Assembly: GCA_030549845.1 (NCBI GenBank)
Contig: JAUQQN010000005.1
Location: 1,080-33,079, forward strand
Reading direction: 5' to 3'
DNA length: 32,000 nucleotides
Source: Patescibacteria group bacterium
GTDB taxonomy: Bacteria; Patescibacteriota; Minisyncoccia; UBA6257; HR35
In this document: one piece after another, positions 15,970-23,964 of the stretch
How positions within the stretch are numbered: the first letter of the stretch is position 1
How the letters are laid out: every line of letters starts with the position of its first letter
Position numbers and translations under genes: made by a program
The notes under the pieces: generated by a model
What the model was told of the DNA's origin: nothing
Database searches by the model: none
Seen by the model: only the letters and a program-made list of their open reading frames with translations

Positions 15970-17526
15970 TTAAGATAATTGTGTGTAATAAATTACTATT
16001 CGTTTTAAATTTGTTATAAACGAGGTTGAGTTGCTGTAGTAAACTTTTATAACCAACTTATTACCAATAAGACCAAGATCAGTTGTTACAAAATAATAAT
16101 CGTCTTTTGAATTATCTATAACAACATCTAAACTATTTGTTTTATTTAATCTTTCATCTAATAAAGATAGATTTATTTTGATTTTATCGTTTATCGAATT
16201 GGGCTTTTTGCCATAAAAAACCTCGATTTTATCTATCTTTACTCTGTTAAAGAAATTAATCTTATTAGATACATAAAGCAAATCATCGGTTATTACCCTA
16301 AAAGAAGAACTACCATTTGTTTGAACATAACTATCTAAAGAAGTTGTGGGGTAAATTATTCTTTTATAAACGGTATCTATTATATCACTGGTGAAAAAAT
16401 AAAGTATATTTCCATTTAAATCGGCCGAAAGCGCACCACCTAAAACCTCATTACCACCACTAGTAGAAAAGTAAATAACCTCTTTCTCAAGAATATTATA
16501 CATCAAAAATCCATTAATGTTTAGATCCTTAATTTTTGCCGGAAAAACAATATAATTTCCCCAAACACTGAATCTTTGTTTTGGTAATAAGTTGGTTGGA
16601 ACCGAAATTGATGGGAAGCTATCTATATAAACTAATGAATATCCAGATAATTCATAAACTTTTAGATCAGAACCAACTTGAAGAAAAATCAAAAATGCCC
16701 CCATATAATTTACACTTCCAACATAATATCCTGGTAATTTTATGGCATGAAAATATCTATTTTGATAAGAACCATCCCACAAAAAAGCGTTTTGATTCGA
16801 TTTTATTCCTTGGGTTTGTGCGAAAACAACAATAAATTTGTTGTTGTTATTGACTATATCAAGAATATCCCAACTACTACCCAAATCAAAATTTCCTAAT
16901 AAACTAAAGGATGTTCCGTAAACCCTAACAAGCCTTCTATTAACATCAGAAGAATTATTTTTGTCGGCTAAATATAAGTAGATTGAAAAGGTTTCGGCGA
17001 GATATGGGGAATAAAGTCCCGTAATAGAACTCCAGGTTGTATTAGTTGTGTTTTCGTCTATATAATAAATTGATGAAGAAGATGGGTTGATAAAGAATAT
17101 TTTATTTGAATAAAGAATTAAAGACGTTTGATAATTATTGTTTAGGCTAATTGGTTGGCCAAGGTTTCTTGCAACCCCAGAAATAGATAATGCCCTAACC
17201 CTTCCACTATTAGTAACAACATAAATAACTCTATTATCATTTGTAATCGATGGTGATAAAAAAAATACTGGTTTACCATCGCCGGAATTTAATCCTATAG
17301 TTCCTTCTGGCAATGAAGAAATTAGCGGATATGTGGTATCCCCCATATCAGTCAAATAAGAACCATCAGCAATTTTAAAAAGATAGGTTGGGGAAATAAT
17401 TAAACGATGCAAAAATTCTTCATTAGGAGAGGATTCTCTAGAAAAAACAGTTCCCCTATTAAAATTTTCTAAAACTAAAACATTATTTTCTGTTCCCAAC
17501 ACTTTACTTTTTCTTCTTCTTGGCAT
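15970..17526 (-). CDS. Hypothetical virion protein (518 aa, beta-rich)
   Basis: This is a long ORF in the tail region of the late operon. No family was recognised. Confidence 0.5.
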   Translation of the reverse strand: MPRRRKSKVLGTENNVLVLENFNRGTVFSRESSPNEEFLHRLIISPTYLFKIADGSYLTDMGDTTYPLISSLPEGTIGLNSGDGKPVFFLSPSITNDNRVIYVVTNSGRVRALSISGVARNLGQPISLNNNYQTSLILYSNKIFFINPSSSSIYYIDENTTNTTWSSITGLYSPYLAETFSIYLYLADKNNSSDVNRRLVRVYGTSFSLLGNFDLGSSWDILDIVNNNNKFIVVFAQTQGIKSNQNAFLWDGSYQNRYFHAIKLPGYYVGSVNYMGAFLIFLQVGSDLKVYELSGYSLVYIDSFPSISVPTNLLPKQRFSVWGNYIVFPAKIKDLNINGFLMYNILEKEVIYFSTSGGNEVLGGALSADLNGNILYFFTSDIIDTVYKRIIYPTTSLDSYVQTNGSSSFRVITDDLLYVSNKINFFNRVKIDKIEVFYGKKPNSINDKIKINLSLLDERLNKTNSLDVVIDNSKDDYYFVTTDLGLIGNKLVIKVYYSNSTSFITNLKRIVIYYTQLS

Positions 17527-17529
17527 GGT

Positions 17530-17844
17530 TTAGTAAATTATTAATACATTAACTAAAGAATTATCTGACCCAGAGGAGCTAGTAATTACTGCATAACCAT
17601 TACCACACAAAACACTTAAAACACCAATTGTACCAGAAAAAACGGCATGACTAGCTATTCCAACAGATGTTGGAAAAATTTTACTATCATAAATTGTTGC
17701 TGAGCCATTAACTAATTGAACCTGAACTGCCGCAATAAAAGATTGTTTTAGGGCAGAAATATCTTCGTGATCTAACGGAAACGCTATTCCACCCCTTTGT
17801 TTTGGTCTTTGAATTGATAATTTTTCTTTATTCTCTTCATCCAT
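17530..17844 (-). CDS. Hypothetical protein (104 aa)
   Basis: The ORF is packed 2-3 nt from both neighbours in the late operon. Confidence 0.5.
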   Translation of the reverse strand: MDEENKEKLSIQRPKQRGGIAFPLDHEDISALKQSFIAAVQVQLVNGSATIYDSKIFPTSVGIASHAVFSGTIGVLSVLCGNGYAVITSSSGSDNSLVNVLIIY

Positions 17845-17845
17845 T

Positions 17846-18802
17846 TTAGAAAATTGGTTGGATTAAAAATGATCTTTTTATTATTGGTTCTTCTGCGCCA
17901 ACAACGGCAGAAAGGTTGGTATAAGCATTTTTAGCAACAAAAAGCCAATCAATATATAAAACCACATAATCAATGGCGTATGGCCAAGCCTGATAAGCCC
18001 CAGCACTTATTGGGAGGTTGCCCACCGTGCTTCCTGTTGTTGGATTTGCTTCCAAAATATAATTACGAAAATATTTTGATTGAACCCCAAATCTTTGAAT
18101 TTCAAAAATATTAGTTGCTCCCCTAAAATCATTCACAGCAACATAGGATGTGCTGTTATAAAAAAAACTTCTACCACTCCAACCAACATAATCTGCAAGA
18201 TATACTTGGGTGGAATAGCCGATTCTTTCCCACTCTCCAGAAGTTGAAGGAGTAGAAAAATAAGCTCTTACCCTCAAAATAGTATCGTCTCCAAAGGTGT
18301 TCAAGGAAGTAATTGTATCTGTAGTTGTATAATTTTCATCCGCCAAAGCAACATAACTATTACCATTTAAAACCGGAGTTCCTCCCAATGACCATTTAGA
18401 GGTATCTGGTATTGAACCAGCGGGACCATTAAAATCATCAAAAAGTAAAAAAACATTATCTGGTTTAGCAATATTGGGAAATTCTGGATCATTGTAATAA
18501 ACAAAAATTCTTATTGTAGAATTGGCCGAAATAGATGGTAATTTGGTCCAAATCCTTGAATTAGCCGTATTAAGAGTTTCCTTTTGTATCCAATGTGGCA
18601 AAAAATTTAAATTCTCATCAACAACAACAAAATCGCTCCCATCGCTTTTTAGTTTATTAGCAGTAATCAAGCTTGCAGTATCAAATAAAAACTCCACCTG
18701 AACATCGGTATAGTTATTGCTTGAATTATTCGTAATCAACACTTCTCTGCCGTATCTAAACCCCATAAATACTGGAACTTTTTTTGATGAATATACTGGC
18801 AT
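17846..18802 (-). CDS. DUF2341 + LamG/concanavalin-like domain protein (probable receptor-binding tail protein)
   Basis: FRYGREVLITNNSSNNYTDVQVEFLFDTASLITANKLKSDGSDFVVVDENLNFLPHWIQ...SRIWTKLPSISANSTIRIFVYYNDP fits the DUF2341 pattern, followed by VFLLFDDFNG. The ATG at 18802 overlaps the upstream TAA (TAATG). Confidence 0.6.
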   Translation of the reverse strand: MPVYSSKKVPVFMGFRYGREVLITNNSSNNYTDVQVEFLFDTASLITANKLKSDGSDFVVVDENLNFLPHWIQKETLNTANSRIWTKLPSISANSTIRIFVYYNDPEFPNIAKPDNVFLLFDDFNGPAGSIPDTSKWSLGGTPVLNGNSYVALADENYTTTDTITSLNTFGDDTILRVRAYFSTPSTSGEWERIGYSTQVYLADYVGWSGRSFFYNSTSYVAVNDFRGATNIFEIQRFGVQSKYFRNYILEANPTTGSTVGNLPISAGAYQAWPYAIDYVVLYIDWLFVAKNAYTNLSAVVGAEEPIIKRSFLIQPIF

Positions 18803-19275
18803 TATGGTGTTAAATCTCCCCCAAGAACCCACTCGTCGGATGCTATTTTAATCAAAAATGCTACACTATATTGCGCCCTAGTTTTGGTTCCTAGGGAAGT
18901 ATATAAAGAAACTTCGGTTGCTGGTGAAAAAATAATTTGACCATTGTTTTTTTGAAAAAAATAAATAACCGTTCCTATATTAAAAGATATGGACGAATTA
19001 GATGGTATTGAAATTGTAATGGATGATGTTGAATCACTAATTATAACTTTTCCCGCATCAGAAAGTTCAAGACTATAATTGGCATTAATTACTTTTGTTC
19101 CTATTAATTTAATTTCATTTTTTGTCTGATAAATCGTATCAAAAAAATTTTTTAGTTTATCCTTAATCGTCTGCCAAATTATTTTTTTAGTAACATTAGA
19201 ACCAACGTCAACAATAACAAATTCGTCATCATTTTGGGGGTTTATATAATTTGTGAGTTCAGATATTTTAACCAT
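18802..19275 (-). CDS. Fibre/spike-like protein, paralog B (shared N-terminal anchor domain)
   Basis: The N-terminus MVKISELTNYINPQNDDEFVIVDVGSNVTKKIIWQTIKDKLKNFFDTIY aligns with the N-terminus of 19530..20105. The C-terminus is unrelated. Confidence 0.5.
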   Translation of the reverse strand: MVKISELTNYINPQNDDEFVIVDVGSNVTKKIIWQTIKDKLKNFFDTIYQTKNEIKLIGTKVINANYSLELSDAGKVIISDSTSSITISIPSNSSISFNIGTVIYFFQKNNGQIIFSPATEVSLYTSLGTKTRAQYSVAFLIKIASDEWVLGGDLTP

Positions 19276-19510
19276 GATTATTAAAAATTTTAACCTCTAA
19301 TTTTGCTACCCTTTCTCTTAATTCTCCAATTTCTTCTTCGATTCTAGTAAGTCTCTTATCAATAGAATTCAAATGATTTTCTTCAATTTCTTTTATTTTT
19401 TTACTAATTCCGTTGTTTTTCTTTAAATAAGCAACAAAAATTGTCATTGCAATAATAACAGCTACAGCCCCCCCATATTCCAAAAGTTTTTGTAAAATTT
19501 GTTGTTCCAT
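19268..19510 (-). CDS. Small membrane-anchored coiled-coil protein
   Basis: There is one hydrophobic helix (GGAVAVIIAMTIFVAYL) followed by a heptad-like region, LTRIEEEIGELRERVAKLEVKI. Confidence 0.45.
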   Translation of the reverse strand: MEQQILQKLLEYGGAVAVIIAMTIFVAYLKKNNGISKKIKEIEENHLNSIDKRLTRIEEEIGELRERVAKLEVKIFNNHG

Positions 19511-19529
19511 TTTTAATTATTCAAAAAGT

Positions 19530-20105
19530 TTAATAATACTGAACTACATAAGAAACCAACCAATAATTATAATAATACCTAATTGTAAACTCCATTATTT
19601 TACCAGCCGTAGTTGATGATGGTAGTGGCTGTCCCATTCCTACATAAAAATTGCCCCAAATTAAAGATCTAGATGTGCCATCGTCCCTAATTAAAATTGT
19701 AATAGTATCTCCTAACGTTGGATTTCCTATTGGATTGTAAATTGTTAAATTATTTGAAAGAGAATTAATTTGATAAACATCGTATTGAGAAATGTCTGGG
19801 GTTATAGATGTGATTGATGTTGAAGTAGAATATACTCTTTTTTGTATTCGTTTATTGGTTAAAACTTGGGCGTCTGATGTTCCAACCACATTTCCAGATA
19901 CACCATGAATGCCAGAAATTGAGTTCTTATGATTATTAAAATCAGTTATAATAGGATCATAAATTGCATCGAAATAACTTTTTAATGCATTTTTAATTGA
20001 AGACCACGTTATCTTTTTGGTTTTACTATTATTAACATCCACAATAACAGTTAAATCATTATCTTGAGGATTTATATATTGTTCTAATTGTGAAATTTTA
20101 GCCAT
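19530..20105 (-). CDS. Fibre/spike-like protein, paralog A
   Basis: The N-terminus is MAKISQLEQYINPQDNDLTVIVDVNNSKTKKITWSSIKNALKSYFDAIY. The GTSDAQVLTNKRI motif is common in tail-fibre proteins. Confidence 0.5.
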   Translation of the reverse strand: MAKISQLEQYINPQDNDLTVIVDVNNSKTKKITWSSIKNALKSYFDAIYDPIITDFNNHKNSISGIHGVSGNVVGTSDAQVLTNKRIQKRVYSTSTSITSITPDISQYDVYQINSLSNNLTIYNPIGNPTLGDTITILIRDDGTSRSLIWGNFYVGMGQPLPSSTTAGKIMEFTIRYYYNYWLVSYVVQYY

Positions 20106-20361
20106 TCCAGTTAGTTATGGGTAAATTATTTTTTTCCCAGGTGGATAATGGAAATCTCAATTGAATATTGATTATTTCGTTGTCATTCGTTGTTATTTCT
20201 TCACCACCCTGGGTCTCTAACGAAGAAAAATAAAATCTTTCGTTCCAAAAAATCATATTATCATCTTGAAAAATAAAATCGCCATCTTCTGTTAATAATT
20301 CTTGATAATCTTCGGTATAAATATTTATTAAACCACGTTCTGTCCAATTTGTCATAGCCAA
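20098..20361 (-). CDS. Hypothetical acidic protein (87 aa)
   Basis: The ORF overlaps both neighbours by 8-10 nt in the late operon. Confidence 0.45.
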   Translation of the reverse strand: MAMTNWTERGLINIYTEDYQELLTEDGDFIFQDDNMIFWNERFYFSSLETQGGEEITTNDNEIINIQLRFPLSTWEKNNLPITNWNG

Positions 20362-21026
20362 CCACTATTGAAATAATTAGGAACGGATGTTTTAATTGGC
20401 TCAACAACCTCTGTTTTTAAATCCTCAATCATTTTACCCAAATAAAGCCTGTAAATCTCGAATCTTCTTTGAGCAAGTGGATGGCCTATTTCTTCAAGAT
20501 AATTATAGGCAGCGCCAAGGGCTAAAACCCTCCAATATTTATCAATTTGATAAGGAATGTCATCGTTGGGTGATGTAAAATCTGGTTGTTTTGGAATATA
20601 CCAAATTCTTAATCCTGTTGTTTTTGTTTCTGTTGGTCTTGGAAATATTGTAAATCCACCAGCAAAAAGATCCATTAATGGCTTTGATCGTGGTTGAGAT
20701 TTAAGAAGCCTAAACCATTCATATGGAATATTTGGTAAATCTGTTTCGTCGACTTTTTTCCACTTGTTTTCGTCGCTGGGATCATCGTAATTAACTTCTA
20801 GTCTTAAAATAGCTATCGCGTCTTGTGGTAAACCATAAAATTCTTGATTAGCAATTAAATCCGTGTATCTTATGGCCCCAAAAACATCAATACCCTCATT
20901 TGCTAATTCTGTCTGAATTTCTAAATAAGATTCATTTATTAAATCAATAATTCTATTATCATCCAAAACTGATTGTGATGCATTTACTAATTTTCTTACT
21001 TTTTGGATTATTTTATCTAATTTCAT
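20352..21026 (-). CDS. Virion structural protein, possible head-tail adaptor
   Basis: The call rests on position two genes after the capsid gene, the 224-aa size and the general adaptor-like pattern. This is a weak call based mainly on synteny. Confidence 0.3.
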   Translation of the reverse strand: MKLDKIIQKVRKLVNASQSVLDDNRIIDLINESYLEIQTELANEGIDVFGAIRYTDLIANQEFYGLPQDAIAILRLEVNYDDPSDENKWKKVDETDLPNIPYEWFRLLKSQPRSKPLMDLFAGGFTIFPRPTETKTTGLRIWYIPKQPDFTSPNDDIPYQIDKYWRVLALGAAYNYLEEIGHPLAQRRFEIYRLYLGKMIEDLKTEVVEPIKTSVPNYFNSGWL

Positions 21027-21038
21027 TTTTTATAATTG

Positions 21039-21503
21039 TTAGTTATAAAAAATATCGACATAAAAAGTAAAAGAATTTCCACCACTAATATCCCATTTAA
21101 TTCTCCAAACATTAGAAACCAATGGAAGTAGGGGGTTACCACTAGGAATGTTTTCGATATCTTCAGACGTAAAAAATTCATTTTTTGAACCGGCAACTAA
21201 AAATAAATAATGGGTGATTGGTTCAGCAATACCATGAAAATGGGCTGTGTTTATAAAAGTTTTACCACCATCTAAAGATTGTTGAAATATAACCTTCAAA
21301 TCTTCTCCCGGAGAAGAAGACATATCGCAATCAGTAACAGTTAATTTAACAACAACGTTTTCTATCTCCATATCGTTAACAACAATAATTCTACTTTCTC
21401 CGCTCTCTATTCTTGTTTCTAGAGGAACGATATTTATACAATTAAGGGACTTTTTTATTGCCATAGCATAAGTAAATGGCCGGGGTTTATCTCCCCCGGC
21501 CAT
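21039..21503 (-). CDS. Hypothetical head-associated protein (154 aa)
   Basis: It lies immediately downstream of the major capsid gene. No family was recognised. Confidence 0.45.
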   Translation of the reverse strand: MAGGDKPRPFTYAMAIKKSLNCINIVPLETRIESGESRIIVVNDMEIENVVVKLTVTDCDMSSSPGEDLKVIFQQSLDGGKTFINTAHFHGIAEPITHYLFLVAGSKNEFFTSEDIENIPSGNPLLPLVSNVWRIKWDISGGNSFTFYVDIFYN

Positions 21504-21513
21504 TAATTAAAGA

Positions 21514-22446
21514 TTAAAGAGTTGATGCGGCCGATTCAATTCTTACTAATCTTTCTTGTTGGGTAATTGCCACAGCCATATTAACCTTTGCACCAACCGA
21601 ACCCCTTTGACCAAGAGGATTATTAACAGAAAGATTGCTTTCTGGTGGCAAAACATAAGTTGCCACTTTTCCTGGAAGCCAGTAAGCAATCCTATAAGCA
21701 TCAGCACCAATTAAAGTGGTTGGATAAACGGTGACATTTGAAGAGAAAGTATCAACATTAGAGGTTTGAACAACTCTTGCGCCACCAACTGAACCAACCT
21801 CACCAGTGAAAATATTTTCTGGTGCGGCGTATTTTCTAATATCAAGCCATTGGCCAGTTGAGGGGTTGCTCATTAAATCGTGGGCAACGGCAGGATGCAT
21901 AACACAAGCATAACCACCACCAGGAAATTCTGGTGCATTATTTGCCCTCAATTTTTGTACAGCCCTTATGATTAATCGTACATCAATTAAATCTCCATCG
22001 GCCAAAGCATCTCTTGAATTTTTATTATTGGGATAAATAACATTTTCTCCGTTGTTATTAACAACTGTTTGAATTACGCTATCAATTTTTCTTGCTATTA
22101 CTTTACCAACCTCAACTAATGTAGAATTAATTAAGTCAAAAAATGATGTTAAAACAACTAAATCCGTTAGTTCAACATTAACACCGTACTGTGTTGGTGT
22201 TCTTTCAACGGTAGAAACACTCAAAGCAATTGATGTTGGCGGCGTTCCCTCGGTTAATGTTGAAACTGATGAAGTAGCAATTTTATTAACCACAACAAAC
22301 CTCGAGAAATAATTACCCTGACTTACATATTCTACTGTACCAAATTGCTCAAAATAAAGATATGGCTGAAGGCTTTCTACTACTTTTTTGTCGAAATAAA
22401 TACCAAGGGCCTGTGAGCCTAAAGAAGATGTGGTGGTTATATCCAT
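21514..22446 (-). CDS. Major capsid protein, HK97 fold, N4-gp56-like family
   Basis: The 310-aa protein shows YFEQFG, TLTEGTPP, the YG.NVELTDL block, GGYACVMHPAVAHDL, FTGEVGSVGGARVVQTSN and NPLGQRGSVGAKV, all typical of this capsid family. It lies downstream of a scaffold-like gene. Confidence 0.8.
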   Translation of the reverse strand: MDITTTSSLGSQALGIYFDKKVVESLQPYLYFEQFGTVEYVSQGNYFSRFVVVNKIATSSVSTLTEGTPPTSIALSVSTVERTPTQYGVNVELTDLVVLTSFFDLINSTLVEVGKVIARKIDSVIQTVVNNNGENVIYPNNKNSRDALADGDLIDVRLIIRAVQKLRANNAPEFPGGGYACVMHPAVAHDLMSNPSTGQWLDIRKYAAPENIFTGEVGSVGGARVVQTSNVDTFSSNVTVYPTTLIGADAYRIAYWLPGKVATYVLPPESNLSVNNPLGQRGSVGAKVNMAVAITQQERLVRIESAASTL

Positions 22447-22542
22447 TTATATAAAACCCTGGGAGGATTTAAAAATTTATAGAAAAACCAGAATTTAATC
22501 CATTTCTATCTTCTATTCACTTTTTTAGTCAAAAAACTAATA

Positions 22543-23037
22543 TTATTCTAAACCATAAATTTTTTTGAACTCCTCTCTGGCTCTTTTTTCAAGTTGATCC
22601 ATTGGCAAAGAAGATAAATCCTCCTCAAGGCTTGGTGAAATTGTTTTAGATCCCAAAGAAAATCCACTAATATTTTGATTTGTTTCGTTTTCAAGTATTT
22701 TTTTACCTATATATCTTGATACCGTGTCTTCTATGGGTTCTCCTTGTTTTCTTAAATTCCATATATCATCTATCTCGTTTGCTAGGTGTGGAAATTTTTT
22801 TAAAATAGTATTCTCAAAATCTAGTTTATCAACCTTCAATGCTAACTCATCTATATTCGCTATTCTCGAAACTGTTTTTAGATGCTTATTTTCTTCCTCT
22901 AATTCTTTTAATCTTTTAAGCGAATCCTCATATTTTTTTCTTAAAAGCTTAATAACATTACTCTCTACATCGTTTTTAACATTTTCTTGTTTATTTTCTT
23001 CTTTTTGTTCCTCTTGTTCTTTTATTTCTTCGCCCAT
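22543..23037 (-). CDS. Scaffolding protein (charged coiled coil)
   Basis: The protein is E/K-rich and helical and lies directly upstream of the capsid gene. The ATG at 23037 (MGEEIKEQEE) is preferred to the TTG at 23073 because a perfect hairpin occupies 23047-23074. Confidence 0.5.
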   Translation of the reverse strand: MGEEIKEQEEQKEENKQENVKNDVESNVIKLLRKKYEDSLKRLKELEEENKHLKTVSRIANIDELALKVDKLDFENTILKKFPHLANEIDDIWNLRKQGEPIEDTVSRYIGKKILENETNQNISGFSLGSKTISPSLEEDLSSLPMDQLEKRAREEFKKIYGLE

Positions 23038-23046
23038 TATTTTACG

Positions 23047-23074
23047 CTTGATTGGTCGGGAGCAACCAATCAAG
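23047..23074 (-). promoter_or_regulatory. Stem-loop 9 nt upstream of the scaffold ATG
   Basis: CTTGATTGGT / ACCAATCAAG form a perfect 10-bp stem around an 8-nt loop. Confidence 0.5.
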
Positions 23075-23091
23075 GATAATTAATTACTTTT

Positions 23092-23433
23092 TTAAAGATA
23101 AAAATTCAATATTTCTGGGTCTTGGTATCCCCCCATGTTTTCAACAAGTCTTCTACATGTTTCGGCATTACAAATCCACACCTCGAGCCTCTTCCAGTAT
23201 TTATATATACTTTGAGAAAATCTTTGTGGATTACTAGAGCCCCCACAAAGGCATTTAAATGTTTTGTTTTTAAATAAATAACCCAATTCTTCGCACTCGT
23301 CTACTTTTTTACCACAAAATTCACACCTACCACCAATAATTCTTAATGACTCAATTTTTTTATGCCCAACCGCGCTCTCTTCCCCACCATTATTTTGTTC
23401 AACTATAATTTCTTCTTTATTTTTTCTTGCCAT
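23092..23433 (-). CDS. Cysteine-rich (zinc-ribbon-like) protein
   Basis: The cysteine pairs are CEFCGKKVDEC, FKCLCGG and WICNAETC. No family was recognised. Confidence 0.4.
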   Translation of the reverse strand: MARKNKEEIIVEQNNGGEESAVGHKKIESLRIIGGRCEFCGKKVDECEELGYLFKNKTFKCLCGGSSNPQRFSQSIYKYWKRLEVWICNAETCRRLVENMGGYQDPEILNFYL

Positions 23434-23440
23434 AATTTTA

Positions 23441-23755
23441 TTATAAACCCTCTTTTTCTTTTGTCAAGAAAGAGGTATATAGGTCTATTTGTTTAATTAA
23501 TTCCGATGGTAAAGAAATTAAAAAATCAATAGCAACCAAACTTTGTTTATATGCATAAAAGTCGTCTATAGATCCTCTTGTATCCTTTTTAAAATTATCT
23601 AAAAGGTTCTCTCTAGCCTCAAGTAATATACTTTTTAAAACAGACCATTCTTCTGAACCCTCTAAAACCCTTAATTTGGTTAAAATTCTATGTGCTTTTT
23701 CTAAATCATCTCCTATTAATTTTTCTAATGTTTTTTGAAAATAAATATCCTGCAT
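23441..23755 (-). CDS. Hypothetical protein (104 aa)
   Basis: The ORF lies in the head module. No family was recognised. Confidence 0.45.
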   Translation of the reverse strand: MQDIYFQKTLEKLIGDDLEKAHRILTKLRVLEGSEEWSVLKSILLEARENLLDNFKKDTRGSIDDFYAYKQSLVAIDFLISLPSELIKQIDLYTSFLTKEKEGL

Positions 23756-23763
23756 ACCTTAAA

Positions 23764-23964
23764 TTATCTTTTTTTCTTTTTTCTTTGTACCCCGTGTTTG
23801 CCATAAGCAATGGCCGCGGCTTGTTTTAGTGCTTCTTCTTGTGTTTGGGGTTTATAAGTAGCCCTACTAGTTGTCATTTTTCCAGTTTCCTTCCATTCTC
23901 TCATTAATTTTTCTATTTCATTAGATATTTTTTCTTTTTTTTCTTTTGATATCTTTCTTGTCAT
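23764..23964 (-). CDS. Small basic protein (66 aa)
   Basis: The ATG overlaps the portal stop (TAATG). The motif EEALKQAAAIAYGKHG is present. The family is uncertain. Confidence 0.4.
   Translation of the reverse strand: MTRKISKEKKEKISNEIEKLMREWKETGKMTTSRATYKPQTQEEALKQAAAIAYGKHGVQRKKKKR

Noticed and set aside
22447-22542. Search for a hairpin or promoter in the 96-nt scaffold-capsid gap
   Set aside because: Only a weak bulged 8-bp pairing with a 20-nt loop was found, and no convincing -35/-10 pair.
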